DNA of 47,396 bases, taken from NCBI GenBank assembly GCA_020348445.1, contig CP070751.1, positions 3,318,841 through 3,366,236 on the forward strand. The letters run 5' to 3'. The notes under the pieces are model-generated. The model saw only the letters and a list, made by a program, of their open reading frames with translations, was not told the DNA's origin and made no database searches. Positions 9,865 through 19,104 of the stretch are shown here, piece after piece (position 1 is the first letter of the stretch; each line of letters starts with the position of its first letter). The DNA is from Thermoplasmata archaeon (GTDB taxonomy: Archaea > Thermoplasmatota > Thermoplasmata > GCA-020350865). Position numbers and translations under genes: made by a program.

Positions 9865-9920
9865 AAGCGACACTCTGTAGGCTAGTGAATAAAGAACGTC
9901 ATATCTTTATTGGCGAACTT

Positions 9921-10163
9921 TTATTCAGACTCTACGTCCAAAGCCACGGTTTCCAAATGGAACAACACGTTACAACCCTTCAAAGTCTCGTGGATCCTAT
10001 CAGAGAACCAGATTGCGTCCTTAACGGATGCGTTCTTTCCCCAATCATATATAAAATCGTAGGTGCCATGGGTTGGTTTGAATCCGAGCATATGCAGTCT
10101 TTCTACGACCTCTGAAGGTTTCACACCCTCACTGTTGAAAGTAACGGTCAGATAGCTCTTCAC
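9921..10163 (-). CDS. Small conserved hypothetical protein (80 aa, alpha/beta)
   Basis: GTG start with RBS-like AAGTGA; FNSEG.KPSEV...L..LGF....G.YDF.YDW pattern that I recall from Thermoplasmata hypothetical proteins. Confidence 0.75.
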   Translation of the reverse strand: MKSYLTVTFNSEGVKPSEVVERLHMLGFKPTHGTYDFIYDWGKNASVKDAIWFSDRIHETLKGCNVLFHLETVALDVESE

Positions 10164-10413
10164 ACAATCACTTCTTTGGTTATACCGTTACCACGTATTA
10201 ATTTTTTCGTCGAATCCCAAGCTGCATCATATCATCGAAATATTATAACCAGGAGGATTCCCTCATTAAATCAGCAAAGGTAACTTTGTCGATAAATTTA
10301 AATACACTTACTATGATATATTATTAAACCAGGGTATGTGATGGCCATTCTCAAGAGATGATTGAGAATGCTCCGTAAATTTAGGTATCAATTGTAGAAA
10401 ATGAGGTGTATGA

Positions 10414-11271
10414 ATGCCTGAGGATGATGAAGAGGAATATACTGAGGAGGAGGGCCTCGAAAATATCCTGGAAGATCTCGGGGAGTACACTGAGGAACCC
10501 ACTGAGGAACCTTATGAGGAAGAATACATCGAAGAAGCTGAAGAGCCGGAAATGGAGATAGAAGGTCCAGCAGAACTTGAAGAAGAGCCCCCTCCAAAAA
10601 AAGAAAAGAAGGCATTTAAAACCGATGTTTCCATGGATTCTTCTTTGGAGGAGGTTGCGAAAATCAGCTTCATATCCGGGCGTGTGGTAGACCTCGTGCT
10701 AATATTGTTTGCTATCATTATGATCCTATTCTTTTTATCAGCAGAATTATATGAGGGTATAGATAAGATTCAATCACTTGAGATGGGTATGCTTCTTAAT
10801 ATCGGCCTTTTTGGTTTGGTGGTCGTTGTTTTACTGTATGTTTTTACCAGCTCAAATATCGCCAAAGGAGATGCATTGTGTCGTTTGGACAATTCCCAGG
10901 CTTATAAGGCAGCCATTGAAAAATACAACCTGGCTTTGAAAATCGACAGAAGGTCAAAAAAGGCATGGACATGTAAGGGTCTTGCAATGAGAATGCTCTC
11001 CCATGATGAAAACACCTTAAAAGAGGCCTTAAGATGTCATAACACAGCATTGAAAATAGACCCGAAATACGGTGTGGCATGGGTGAACAAGGGAAATGTG
11101 CTATTTAACCTGGGAAAATCTGAAGAAGCCCTGCAATGCTACGACAAGGCTATAGAACTGGATCCCGATTACACTGTAGCATGGGTCAATAAAGGAGAAA
11201 TGCTGGTTAAGTTGGGAGATCGAACAGAAGCCCAAAAATGCCTGGACAGGGCCCGGAGCTTGGCAGAATAA
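10414..11271 (+). CDS. Membrane TPR protein: acidic N-terminus, 2 TM helices, 3-4 C-terminal TPRs
   Basis: RBS GAGGTG; E/P-rich N-terminus; two hydrophobic segments; AWVNKGNVLFNLGK.EEALQCYDKAIELDPDY. Confidence 0.85.
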   Translation: MPEDDEEEYTEEEGLENILEDLGEYTEEPTEEPYEEEYIEEAEEPEMEIEGPAELEEEPPPKKEKKAFKTDVSMDSSLEEVAKISFISGRVVDLVLILFAIIMILFFLSAELYEGIDKIQSLEMGMLLNIGLFGLVVVVLLYVFTSSNIAKGDALCRLDNSQAYKAAIEKYNLALKIDRRSKKAWTCKGLAMRMLSHDENTLKEALRCHNTALKIDPKYGVAWVNKGNVLFNLGKSEEALQCYDKAIELDPDYTVAWVNKGEMLVKLGDRTEAQKCLDRARSLAE

Positions 11272-11316
11272 CCTCCATTTTCCGATTGCGGAACCTTATA
11301 TTTTAACTGATGAACT

Positions 11317-13308
11317 TCATTGTTTTTTAAGCAGTTCTAATACCTCTTGGAAATCTATGCCCAGTTCCTTGATCTTCTCCAATGTGGGCATACCTTGTAC
11401 ATTCCATCCTCTGCGCTTGTAAACTGCATCTTTCAACTTCTCATATTCGGCTTCACGATACTTTCTTAGGGCATCCCTTTTTTCTTTGGTGGACATCCCT
11501 GAAGGATCGATTCCCACCTTCTCTTTAAGCTCCTTGTCATATCTGTCCTGTCTGCTTTCATATTCTTCCACTGTTACAGGTCCAACAGAGCGGTATGGCA
11601 CATTATCATGCTCTCTTTTGCCAAAACCCATGCGCAGATTGAATAAACGCTGAAAATTGTAAACCCTCTCACTTAAGGTGATTATGTCCTCAGGAGCGGT
11701 TTTTCTTCCAGTCACTGCAGTGAAGTACTTGCTGTACCATTCAACGTGTTTCATGACCTTTGCAGGCTCTGGGGTAGTCTTGTTATCCTCGGGAACGATA
11801 TCGTTCCACGGCAGCTTGCATAGGCCGCATAGACCAAACCAGGTACGAAACATAGGGAACCAATGCAGGGCTTCGGCCTTTTGTTCGAAAGTGGGCATCA
11901 GGTTGTGGACCATATCAAGGAAAATGAGCCAGGCCTCATCGTGCTGGGGCCCTTTTAGAGCAAGACCGTATCCCCCCTGCTGGGCCAGGGATTCCTTGGT
12001 GACATACTCAGAATATTCCAGCCCCTTGGCCTCCATTCCTATGTCATTTAAGATATTGGGATCTGCATCATATTTTTCCACAAACAGCTTTTTCATGTTT
12101 CTTATTCCTTGGCCAACGATCTTTCCAAATCCCTCACCTTTTGCCATTTGATGCAAAATTTCCAAAGCTGCATCCTCATTTCCGAACCGAAGTTCCAATC
12201 CCCCAGTTGCCTTATTATCGATTTGACCCATTTCATAGCATTCCATGGCAAATGCCATGGCTGTGCCAAAGGAGATGGTGTCTATACCATATGTGTCGCA
12301 GTAGAAGTTGATCTCTGTTATTGTGTCGGGATTGAAGATGCCGAGATTGCTTCCACAGCCTGCAATTGTCTCGTACTCTGGACCATCGACATACACCTTC
12401 TGGCCGGAAAAAGGGCCAGTTCTTGGCTGGAAATTGGCAACCACGTGGGAGCATGCCACAGGGCATCCTGCCCAGCATCCGTCAAAACCCGAATCAAATC
12501 TCTTTCTGTACGCCTTGGAACCGATGTTATCAGCACCTGGGTGGTTACCGAACCTAAAATTCTGCACTGGCAATAGGTCGAATTCGTTCATAATAGGGAC
12601 CAAATGTGTGGTTCCCACAGTGCTCATCTCATTTTGCTTTGGATCCAGTGTATGAATCTCAAGTGAATGCGACAGTCCAACCTCTTTCAGAAGCTCAGAA
12701 TCCGCAGGATTGTTTGGATCATCTGTAAGAGATATTGCACCTGTGGGGCAGACATAGGTACACGTTCCGCAACCCAGACAATCAGGATTCATTTCGTCAA
12801 AGGGCATAACCACCTGTCGTCTGTATCCTTGGTAGGAAAAATCAATTATATTCTGCTGCATAATATTTTTACAGGCATTTACACATCTTCCGCAGAGAAC
12901 ACATGCATTCTCTGATTCGTCGGCTAAGGGATGGGAATATCTTGGTTTTTGTACTCCGTACTCCTCTGCTAAATATTTAATGACAGGAACATTGGGCCAT
13001 CGGGAAAGCATCATCTCTAAAACGTTCTTTCGGGTTTTTATTATGGTATCGGATTTCGTGGATACTGAAAGCCCCTCGTCTTTTTTTCGTATGGGATAGT
13101 TGCATGATGAAACAACCTTGCTCTTGTTTTCCTTGGTAATCTCGCTGACGCACAGCCTGCAGTTTCCTAAGGCTCCAATGCGAGGGTGATAGCATAAGGA
13201 AGGTATCTCTATATCGAGCTTATCGGCAGCTTTCATGATAGTGGTTCCATCTTCCACCTCAGTTTCCTGACCATCAATTGTGATTTTTACCATTTCAGAT
13301 TCCCCCAT
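11317..13308 (-). CDS. Fusion: NuoG/HydA-N-type Fe-S module + C-terminal domains 2/3 of W-aldehyde:ferredoxin oxidoreductase
   Basis: RBS GGAGGTGG before ATG13308. [2Fe-2S] CYHP..GNCRLC..SSC and 2x[4Fe-4S] CVLCGRCVNAC / CLGCGTCTYVCP, then the AOR part: VGTTHL, CWAGCPVAC, DGPEYET, CDTYGIDTIS, GPQHDE, GLCKL, ERVYNFQRLFN, RRGW..QGMPT. Confidence 0.9.
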   Translation of the reverse strand: MGESEMVKITIDGQETEVEDGTTIMKAADKLDIEIPSLCYHPRIGALGNCRLCVSEITKENKSKVVSSCNYPIRKKDEGLSVSTKSDTIIKTRKNVLEMMLSRWPNVPVIKYLAEEYGVQKPRYSHPLADESENACVLCGRCVNACKNIMQQNIIDFSYQGYRRQVVMPFDEMNPDCLGCGTCTYVCPTGAISLTDDPNNPADSELLKEVGLSHSLEIHTLDPKQNEMSTVGTTHLVPIMNEFDLLPVQNFRFGNHPGADNIGSKAYRKRFDSGFDGCWAGCPVACSHVVANFQPRTGPFSGQKVYVDGPEYETIAGCGSNLGIFNPDTITEINFYCDTYGIDTISFGTAMAFAMECYEMGQIDNKATGGLELRFGNEDAALEILHQMAKGEGFGKIVGQGIRNMKKLFVEKYDADPNILNDIGMEAKGLEYSEYVTKESLAQQGGYGLALKGPQHDEAWLIFLDMVHNLMPTFEQKAEALHWFPMFRTWFGLCGLCKLPWNDIVPEDNKTTPEPAKVMKHVEWYSKYFTAVTGRKTAPEDIITLSERVYNFQRLFNLRMGFGKREHDNVPYRSVGPVTVEEYESRQDRYDKELKEKVGIDPSGMSTKEKRDALRKYREAEYEKLKDAVYKRRGWNVQGMPTLEKIKELGIDFQEVLELLKKQ

Positions 13309-13309
13309 G

Positions 13310-15193
13310 TTATTCCACCTCCACTGCATCAAATTTACAGACCTCACGACATATCCCGCATTTGACACACTTGCTCTGATCTATCGTGTGAAGCTCTTTC
13401 TTCTCTCCGGAGATTGCATCTTCAGGACAGTGCTTGGGACATACTCCACATCCATTGCAGTTCTCTTTACTTATGGTGTACTGAATTAGGGCCTTGCATA
13501 CCCCTGCAGGACATTTCTTATCAATGATGTGGGCCTTGTACTCATCCTTGAAGTACTTTAAAGTGCTTAGAGCTGGATTGGGAGCAGAGCCACCTAAATC
13601 ACATAAAGATGCATTTTTTATTGTTTCTGAGATATCGGAAAGCATTTCCAAATCACTTGGTTCCCCCAAGCCATTTGTGACTCTAGCCAAAATCGTCTTT
13701 ATTATTACCAGGCCTTCACGGCATGGCGTGCATTTTCCACAAGATTCCTCCACCAAAAAATCAATGAAGTACTTGGCAACGTCAACCATGCACCTGCTGT
13801 CGTCCATGACAATCAGACCACCTGAGCCCATCATGGAGCCGGCTTGGGTAAGGGTATCAAAATCTACAGGGAGGTTGAGAAGATCGGCAGGTATACAGCC
13901 TCCAGAAGGACCACCTGTTTGAACAGCCTTGCATTGTCTTCCTTCGGGAACACCACCTCCGATTTTATTGACTATTTCTTCAAGGGTGATTCCCATGGGG
14001 ACCTCCACAAGTCCTGTATTGGCAATATCGCCAACAAGTGAGAAAACTTTGGTACCCGAGCTGCCCTTCCAGGGTGATTCTGAAACATCCCCTGAACCGA
14101 TTTTAGAGAACCATTTTCCCCCTTTTTCTATTATCACAGGGATATTGGCCCAGGTCTCCACATTGTTTAGGACAGTGGGCAAGCCCTTATAGCCAGATTC
14201 AACAGTATGGATGTACTTTGAATGAGGTTCCCCCACCTTTCCCTCCATGGCAGTCATAAGAGCGCTTGACTCGCCTGACACGAAGGCACCTGCACCTTGG
14301 TGGATATTTATATCGAAGCTGAAATCAGTATCAAATATTTTTTGACCCAAAAGACCATAGTCGCGGGCCTGTTGAATTGCCTTTCTCAGTCGCTCTAATG
14401 CCAGAGGATATTCCTTTCTTATGTAAACAAAACCCTCCTTTGCACCAATGGCATATGCTCCAATGGCCATGCCTTCGATCACACTGTGAGGATCGGCTTC
14501 GATTATGCTTCTGTCCATAAATGCACCTGGATCACCCTCGTCGGCATTGCATACCAAATAAGGGGCCACATCGGTTTTTTTGGCAGAACTTATACATGAT
14601 TCCCATTTGATACCAGTTGGAAAACCCCCGCCACCGCGTCCCCGAATACCTGAGGTCTTTACTTCATTTAGAATTTCATTTGGTTTCATCTCAGAAAGAG
14701 CATGTGCCAGGGCTTGATATCCTCCTCTGCCAATATAATCATCTATCTGCTCAGGATCGATGGCACCTCGGTTTCGAAGGATTATTAACTGCTGTTGTTT
14801 GAAGAATTGGATATCCTTCATTTTCGGGGTACGTGTTTCATCCACTGGCGAGATGTACATCAGATCTTGTACGGGTTTTCCATTTATCAGATGTTCATCA
14901 ACGATTGTGGAGACATCATCCAATTTTAGATTCAAATACAAGGTACCTTCAGGTGAAACGAGCATTAGCGGGCCTTGGGCACAAAAACCGTTGCATCCTG
15001 TAGCAATAACACGATAATCAGATTCAAGGTTCTTTTCCTTGAGTTCTTTTTCCAATGCATCTCTGATAATAAATGCCTTGTTTGCCACACAACCTGTTCC
15101 TGCACAGACCAAAAGTGATGCTTTAAATTTCTCTGAAGTGGATTTGTTTCTCTCGCTTATCTGTTTCAGATCAGTAATTGTTATCTTGGTCAT
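13310..15193 (-). CDS. NuoF/HydB/BfuB-like FMN-NAD(H)-binding subunit
   Basis: N-terminal CAGTGC..CNGFC, RGRGGGGFPTGIKW, CNADEGDPGAFMDR, NNVET, GGPSGG, ESCGKCTPCREG, HIIDKKCPAGVC, and two C-terminal [4Fe-4S] motifs. Confidence 0.93.
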   Translation of the reverse strand: MTKITITDLKQISERNKSTSEKFKASLLVCAGTGCVANKAFIIRDALEKELKEKNLESDYRVIATGCNGFCAQGPLMLVSPEGTLYLNLKLDDVSTIVDEHLINGKPVQDLMYISPVDETRTPKMKDIQFFKQQQLIILRNRGAIDPEQIDDYIGRGGYQALAHALSEMKPNEILNEVKTSGIRGRGGGGFPTGIKWESCISSAKKTDVAPYLVCNADEGDPGAFMDRSIIEADPHSVIEGMAIGAYAIGAKEGFVYIRKEYPLALERLRKAIQQARDYGLLGQKIFDTDFSFDINIHQGAGAFVSGESSALMTAMEGKVGEPHSKYIHTVESGYKGLPTVLNNVETWANIPVIIEKGGKWFSKIGSGDVSESPWKGSSGTKVFSLVGDIANTGLVEVPMGITLEEIVNKIGGGVPEGRQCKAVQTGGPSGGCIPADLLNLPVDFDTLTQAGSMMGSGGLIVMDDSRCMVDVAKYFIDFLVEESCGKCTPCREGLVIIKTILARVTNGLGEPSDLEMLSDISETIKNASLCDLGGSAPNPALSTLKYFKDEYKAHIIDKKCPAGVCKALIQYTISKENCNGCGVCPKHCPEDAISGEKKELHTIDQSKCVKCGICREVCKFDAVEVE

Positions 15194-15660
15194 TTTGTAT
15201 CCACCTCCCCCACTTTTCTTGCAAGAAGTCCCTCAATTGTACTTGATTTGGCCTTGCCAATTATAGCATCATCAAGTGATATTACAGGTGCGAGACTGCA
15301 GCATCCAAGACATCGTACGTACTTCAGGGTGTACTGCAGATCATCTGTTGTTTCACCGTCAGAAAGCCCACATTTTCTTTGAAGGGATTCAAGTATCCGA
15401 AATGCGCCTTTTACATAACAGGTTGTGCCAGTACATACCTGGATTTCATGCTCCCCCCTGGGTTTGAGACTAAATGCCTTGTAAAATGTGGCGAGGTAGT
15501 ACAACTGTGTTCTGGGAATACCTGTGGATTCGGATATCTCTTCTATTACTTCTTTAGGTATATAGCGAAATTCAGACTGGATATCCTGGAGCATCTCAAT
15601 TGCATAATTTGGATCCCCATTCCATTTTTTTATGATGGATTGAACCTTGTCTGTTTTCAT
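15190..15660 (-). CDS. NuoE/HydC/BfuC-like [2Fe-2S] thioredoxin-fold subunit
   Basis: ATFYKAFSLKPRG, VCTGTTC, RCLGCCSLAPV; 4-nt overlap with the downstream gene. Confidence 0.93.
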   Translation of the reverse strand: MKTDKVQSIIKKWNGDPNYAIEMLQDIQSEFRYIPKEVIEEISESTGIPRTQLYYLATFYKAFSLKPRGEHEIQVCTGTTCYVKGAFRILESLQRKCGLSDGETTDDLQYTLKYVRCLGCCSLAPVISLDDAIIGKAKSSTIEGLLARKVGEVDTK

Positions 15661-15661
15661 T

Positions 15662-16432
15662 CTATCCCTCCCTCAGTTTTGGAATTTCTTTTGTGTTTAT
15701 GACCCATTTTGGACTGGGGTAGGTCTTTTTTGCAACCAAAGCCAATATGTTTTTGTTGCGAAGCACTGTTCCTATTCCACCCCTACCTGCCTGTTTATAT
15801 CTAACTGTCCTTCTTACTGTATCATACCACGAAAAATTCAGGCAGCCGAAAAACGTGTTTTTGGCACCGGGTCCCGCAGTAACTGTGGATATGCTCCTTA
15901 GATTCTCTTTTCCATATTTCTTTGTGAGCAATGCCCCAAGAAGATGGGTCTCCTTTGGAAGATCAGAGCCTTCCTCGATATATACCTTATTTGAATCTCC
16001 ATCGATGACTATCACGATATCAGATTTAGCCTTACCTTGGATTTCTATGGCATCCCAACCTGAAAATTTTAGATAGGGACCAAAATAACCCCCAACATTG
16101 GAATCGATGATGGAGCCTGTCAGAGGGGAGATGGTTACAGCGATGCTCTTTCCGCTTCCCGGGTATATCGTTGTTCCTCCCAGAGGGCCGCAGGCGATAC
16201 AGATTTCGTTTTCTGGATCGTCCCATTTTATTGCCCTGTCCCAGGGAAGACCGTTCCAAAGTAGCCATAGATCAAATCCCTTTCCCCCCACGAAAATCTC
16301 CTTCATTTGATCTGAAACAGGCTTTTCTAGAATCTTCATTTCTGAGACGTTGACATAAAGTGTGCGGTTATTGTAGCCTTTGTCCAAATCCCTTTGTTCA
16401 TAATCAAATTCTGCAAACCTCAACAAACTCAC
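15662..16432 (-). CDS. Stand-alone N-terminal domain of W-aldehyde:ferredoxin oxidoreductase (start 16432, 16426 or 16423)
   Basis: GGKGF, GPLGG, ISPLTG...DSNVGGYFGPYLKFSGWDAIEIQG, GPGAK, QAGRGGIGTV. Ends about 20 aa after the domain-1 boundary. Confidence 0.9.
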   Translation of the reverse strand: MSLLRFAEFDYEQRDLDKGYNNRTLYVNVSEMKILEKPVSDQMKEIFVGGKGFDLWLLWNGLPWDRAIKWDDPENEICIACGPLGGTTIYPGSGKSIAVTISPLTGSIIDSNVGGYFGPYLKFSGWDAIEIQGKAKSDIVIVIDGDSNKVYIEEGSDLPKETHLLGALLTKKYGKENLRSISTVTAGPGAKNTFFGCLNFSWYDTVRRTVRYKQAGRGGIGTVLRNKNILALVAKKTYPSPKWVINTKEIPKLREG

Positions 16433-16574
16433 CCCTTTGGCACGGGAATAGCATAGGTCAACTTTAATATTTTGATTCCATGCCTAGGGAATATTTCGGG
16501 ATTTGCGGGACGTTTAAATATGCAAATACGATATGGGTTAAGAAACAATCCCAATTGTATTTCAGGAGGATTGC
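16433..16574. promoter_or_regulatory. Divergent promoter region between the split-AOR operon and the intact aor
   Basis: TTTAAATA at 16513-16520 (+), flanked by the inverted repeat ATTTGC 16501-16506 / GCAAAT 16522-16527; AT-rich box near 16463-16471 for the minus strand; RBS AGGAGG before 16575. Confidence 0.5.
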
Positions 16575-18245
16575 ATGTTCAAGATATTGGAGGTGGATCT
16601 CACAAACAAGAGGGTATTAGAGGATACCATATCCCAGGATTATTCAAAGTACCTTGGGGGAAGAGGACTTGCAGTGAGACTTTTTACAGATCTTATGGGA
16701 TCGAATGTTGAACCTCTGTCCCCTGAGAACATGATCATATTCTCGACAGGTGCATTGATAAACTCCAAAATACCCATGTCGGGAAGGTCCAATGCGACAA
16801 CCATCTCACCACTTACCAATACGATATTCAGCTCAAATGTTGGAGGTATGTTTGGAAAGAATCTGACTTCTACAGGATTCGATGTTCTTGTGATATCGGG
16901 ATCTTCTGAAGAACCTCTGTATCTTGTGATGGATAAAAAATCACAACTTGAGAACGCTAAAAAGCTCTGGGGAAAGGATGTTTTCCAGTCAACTGAATAT
17001 TTAATAAAAAAGCATGGTGTTTCTGAGGGGAATTGCGCTGTCATTGGCCCAGCCGGGGAGAACCAAAATTTCTTTGGAAATATAATGGTCCAAAGACATA
17101 GGGCATTTGGAAGGGGAGGATTAGGTGCAGTTTTGGGCTCAAAGAGACTGAAAGCAATTGTTTTTAAGGGAAAACAAAAGCGAACTGAACCTAAATTCAA
17201 GGACATGGCAAAACGATTGAGGGATAAAGTCGCAAAAATAGACAGTAAACTGAAGACCCAAGGCACATCAACTATCGTGAATACAGCCAATAAGAACGAG
17301 GCGTTCCCAACGCGGTTTTACGTTACTAATAAATTCAAGTATGCTGGAAATATCAATGGAAACAAAATGGAGACGCACAAGGTAAAAAGCGGAACTTGTT
17401 ACTCGTGCCCTGTTGCCTGCAAGATGATCACAAAAAGTGAGAAGTACGATATCGTTACAGATGGGCCCGAATATGAAACCATCGTTTTTTTCGGTTCGAA
17501 TTTGGGAATGTCGAACCTTGACTCAATAATCAAATCCAATGATTTATGCGACAGATTTGGGCTTGATACCATCTCCACTGGAGCCATAATAGGAGCTTTT
17601 ATCGAGACCGTAAAGAAGAAAAAGAGGAAATATAAAATCTCATGGGATGATGAGAAAAAGGTACATGAACTGATTGTGAAAATCGCAAACACTCGTGGAG
17701 TGGGAAGGGAACTTCAGAAGGGGACAGACGCTTTCTGTAAAAAATATGGCATTAAAGCTCAAACTGTAAAGAGCCTTGATGTTCCAGGCCATGATCCAAG
17801 AGCCCTGCATGGGCAGGCTCTGAGTTATGCAGTAAGCAATAGAGGTGCTGACCATCTGTACTCCACCACATACAAGGACGAGTACAACCATCCCAAAAGA
17901 AGGGAGATCAAAGGTAAAGCAAAACTTGTGATAAGAAATGAGAACAGAAACGCGGTCTTGGATTCTCTGGGCCTCTGCAAGTTCTCCACGAGCTTCTACA
18001 AGGATGATGATTACCTTGAGATAATGAGCGTGCTTCTTGAAAGGGATGTAAATATGGAAGAATTCCAGAAAATCGGCTCTGAGATCGTGAACAGGGAGAG
18101 GACGTTCAACAACAAACGGGATTTTGATTCTAAAGATGACATCTTGCCTAAAAGGTTAGATAATCCCAACCTTAAAAAGGGGCTTGCCGAGTATTACAAG
18201 CTACGGGGATGGTCGAAAGATGGAAGGGTGAAAGAAGAGAAATAG
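16575..18245 (+). CDS. aor: Tungsten-containing aldehyde:ferredoxin oxidoreductase family, full length
   Basis: GGRGL, SPLT...SNVGG, GRGGLGAVLGSKRLKAI, CYSCPVAC, GPEYET, CDRFGLDTIS, DPRA..GQALSYAVSNRGADH, DSLGLCKF, YYKLRGW. Confidence 0.92.
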   Translation: MFKILEVDLTNKRVLEDTISQDYSKYLGGRGLAVRLFTDLMGSNVEPLSPENMIIFSTGALINSKIPMSGRSNATTISPLTNTIFSSNVGGMFGKNLTSTGFDVLVISGSSEEPLYLVMDKKSQLENAKKLWGKDVFQSTEYLIKKHGVSEGNCAVIGPAGENQNFFGNIMVQRHRAFGRGGLGAVLGSKRLKAIVFKGKQKRTEPKFKDMAKRLRDKVAKIDSKLKTQGTSTIVNTANKNEAFPTRFYVTNKFKYAGNINGNKMETHKVKSGTCYSCPVACKMITKSEKYDIVTDGPEYETIVFFGSNLGMSNLDSIIKSNDLCDRFGLDTISTGAIIGAFIETVKKKKRKYKISWDDEKKVHELIVKIANTRGVGRELQKGTDAFCKKYGIKAQTVKSLDVPGHDPRALHGQALSYAVSNRGADHLYSTTYKDEYNHPKRREIKGKAKLVIRNENRNAVLDSLGLCKFSTSFYKDDDYLEIMSVLLERDVNMEEFQKIGSEIVNRERTFNNKRDFDSKDDILPKRLDNPNLKKGLAEYYKLRGWSKDGRVKEEK

Positions 18246-18305
18246 AACCTCAATTCCTCTCTTTTTGCATGCAAAACATTTTTAACCTTCTCACCTATCC
18301 AAACA

Positions 18306-19100
18306 ATGGTACATATGAAGAAAGTCTCTTGTATAATTATTATTTGTATTATTGTACTAATTGCTCTACAAAACGTTTTAAAGGCTCCAAATGTGAGTTC
18401 TGATGAAAACGACATCCAATGGGAAGAATATGTCGTATTCAAGGGTAGTTGCAGTGAAGGCAATGTTAGAAGGCATTTTCAGGTGAATCGAACAGTAGTG
18501 GAAATAATTGTGAATTTAAATTGGGAGACTGAGGGAGGATGGGCAGATCTGGACATGTTAATCGAGGATGTGGAGGGTTATGTGGCCAATGCATCTTCAA
18601 CAAGCCAGATGCCAGAATTCATGAGGGTAAGAGAATTTCCCAATAGGGGAAGGTGGACATTTGTTGTCGTACCGGTATCGTGCGGAAGCAGCGGCTCTGC
18701 AAATTATACGGCAAATATAACCCTTAGAAATATCATTCTACCGGAACTTGAGGTCTCTGCCACAAGGGTGGAATCGGGTAAGAATGTGACACTAACCATC
18801 ATTACATCATATGAAAATATCAATTCCTATTATTTCGATTTTGGGGACGAAACAGATTCCGGATGGTTAAAACAATCGCATGTTACAAAGATCTACAATA
18901 AATCAGGGGATTATCAACCAAAGGCCAGGGTGCGATATTCTGATGGAACAGAAAGTGATTTGGTGGAGGGAGAGACCATATCGGTTAAGTCCATTGGAAA
19001 TGAGCCTGATCTTTTACTAATAGCGGTGCCCTATGCGATAATTCTCGCCTTTATCACTATTTTAGCATACTTCATTTTTAAAAAGAGAAAAGGTGTATGA
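18306..19100 (+). CDS. Surface protein with PPC-like and PKD domains, N- and C-terminal hydrophobic anchors
   Basis: Signal/TM segment; DLDMLIED..G...S...PE...GRW (PPC-like); YYFDFGD...W...HVTKIYNKSGDY (PKD); C-terminal TM + KKRKG. Confidence 0.75.
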   Translation: MVHMKKVSCIIIICIIVLIALQNVLKAPNVSSDENDIQWEEYVVFKGSCSEGNVRRHFQVNRTVVEIIVNLNWETEGGWADLDMLIEDVEGYVANASSTSQMPEFMRVREFPNRGRWTFVVVPVSCGSSGSANYTANITLRNIILPELEVSATRVESGKNVTLTIITSYENINSYYFDFGDETDSGWLKQSHVTKIYNKSGDYQPKARVRYSDGTESDLVEGETISVKSIGNEPDLLLIAVPYAIILAFITILAYFIFKKRKGV

Positions 19101-19104
19101 AGGT

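Noticed and set aside
11317-15660. [FeFe]-hydrogenase, formate dehydrogenase or respiratory complex I
   Set aside because: No H-cluster or molybdopterin-oxidoreductase domain and no membrane Nuo genes; the catalytic partner is AOR.
15662-16432. AOR N-half as a simple frameshifted pseudogene
   Set aside because: The matching C-half lies 3 kb away behind two intact genes, with its own RBS-bearing fusion start and intact catalytic motifs; this is not a point lesion.
11317-18245. Selenocysteine recoding in the oxidoreductase genes
   Set aside because: All frames are open with Cys at the ligand positions; no in-frame TGA is needed.
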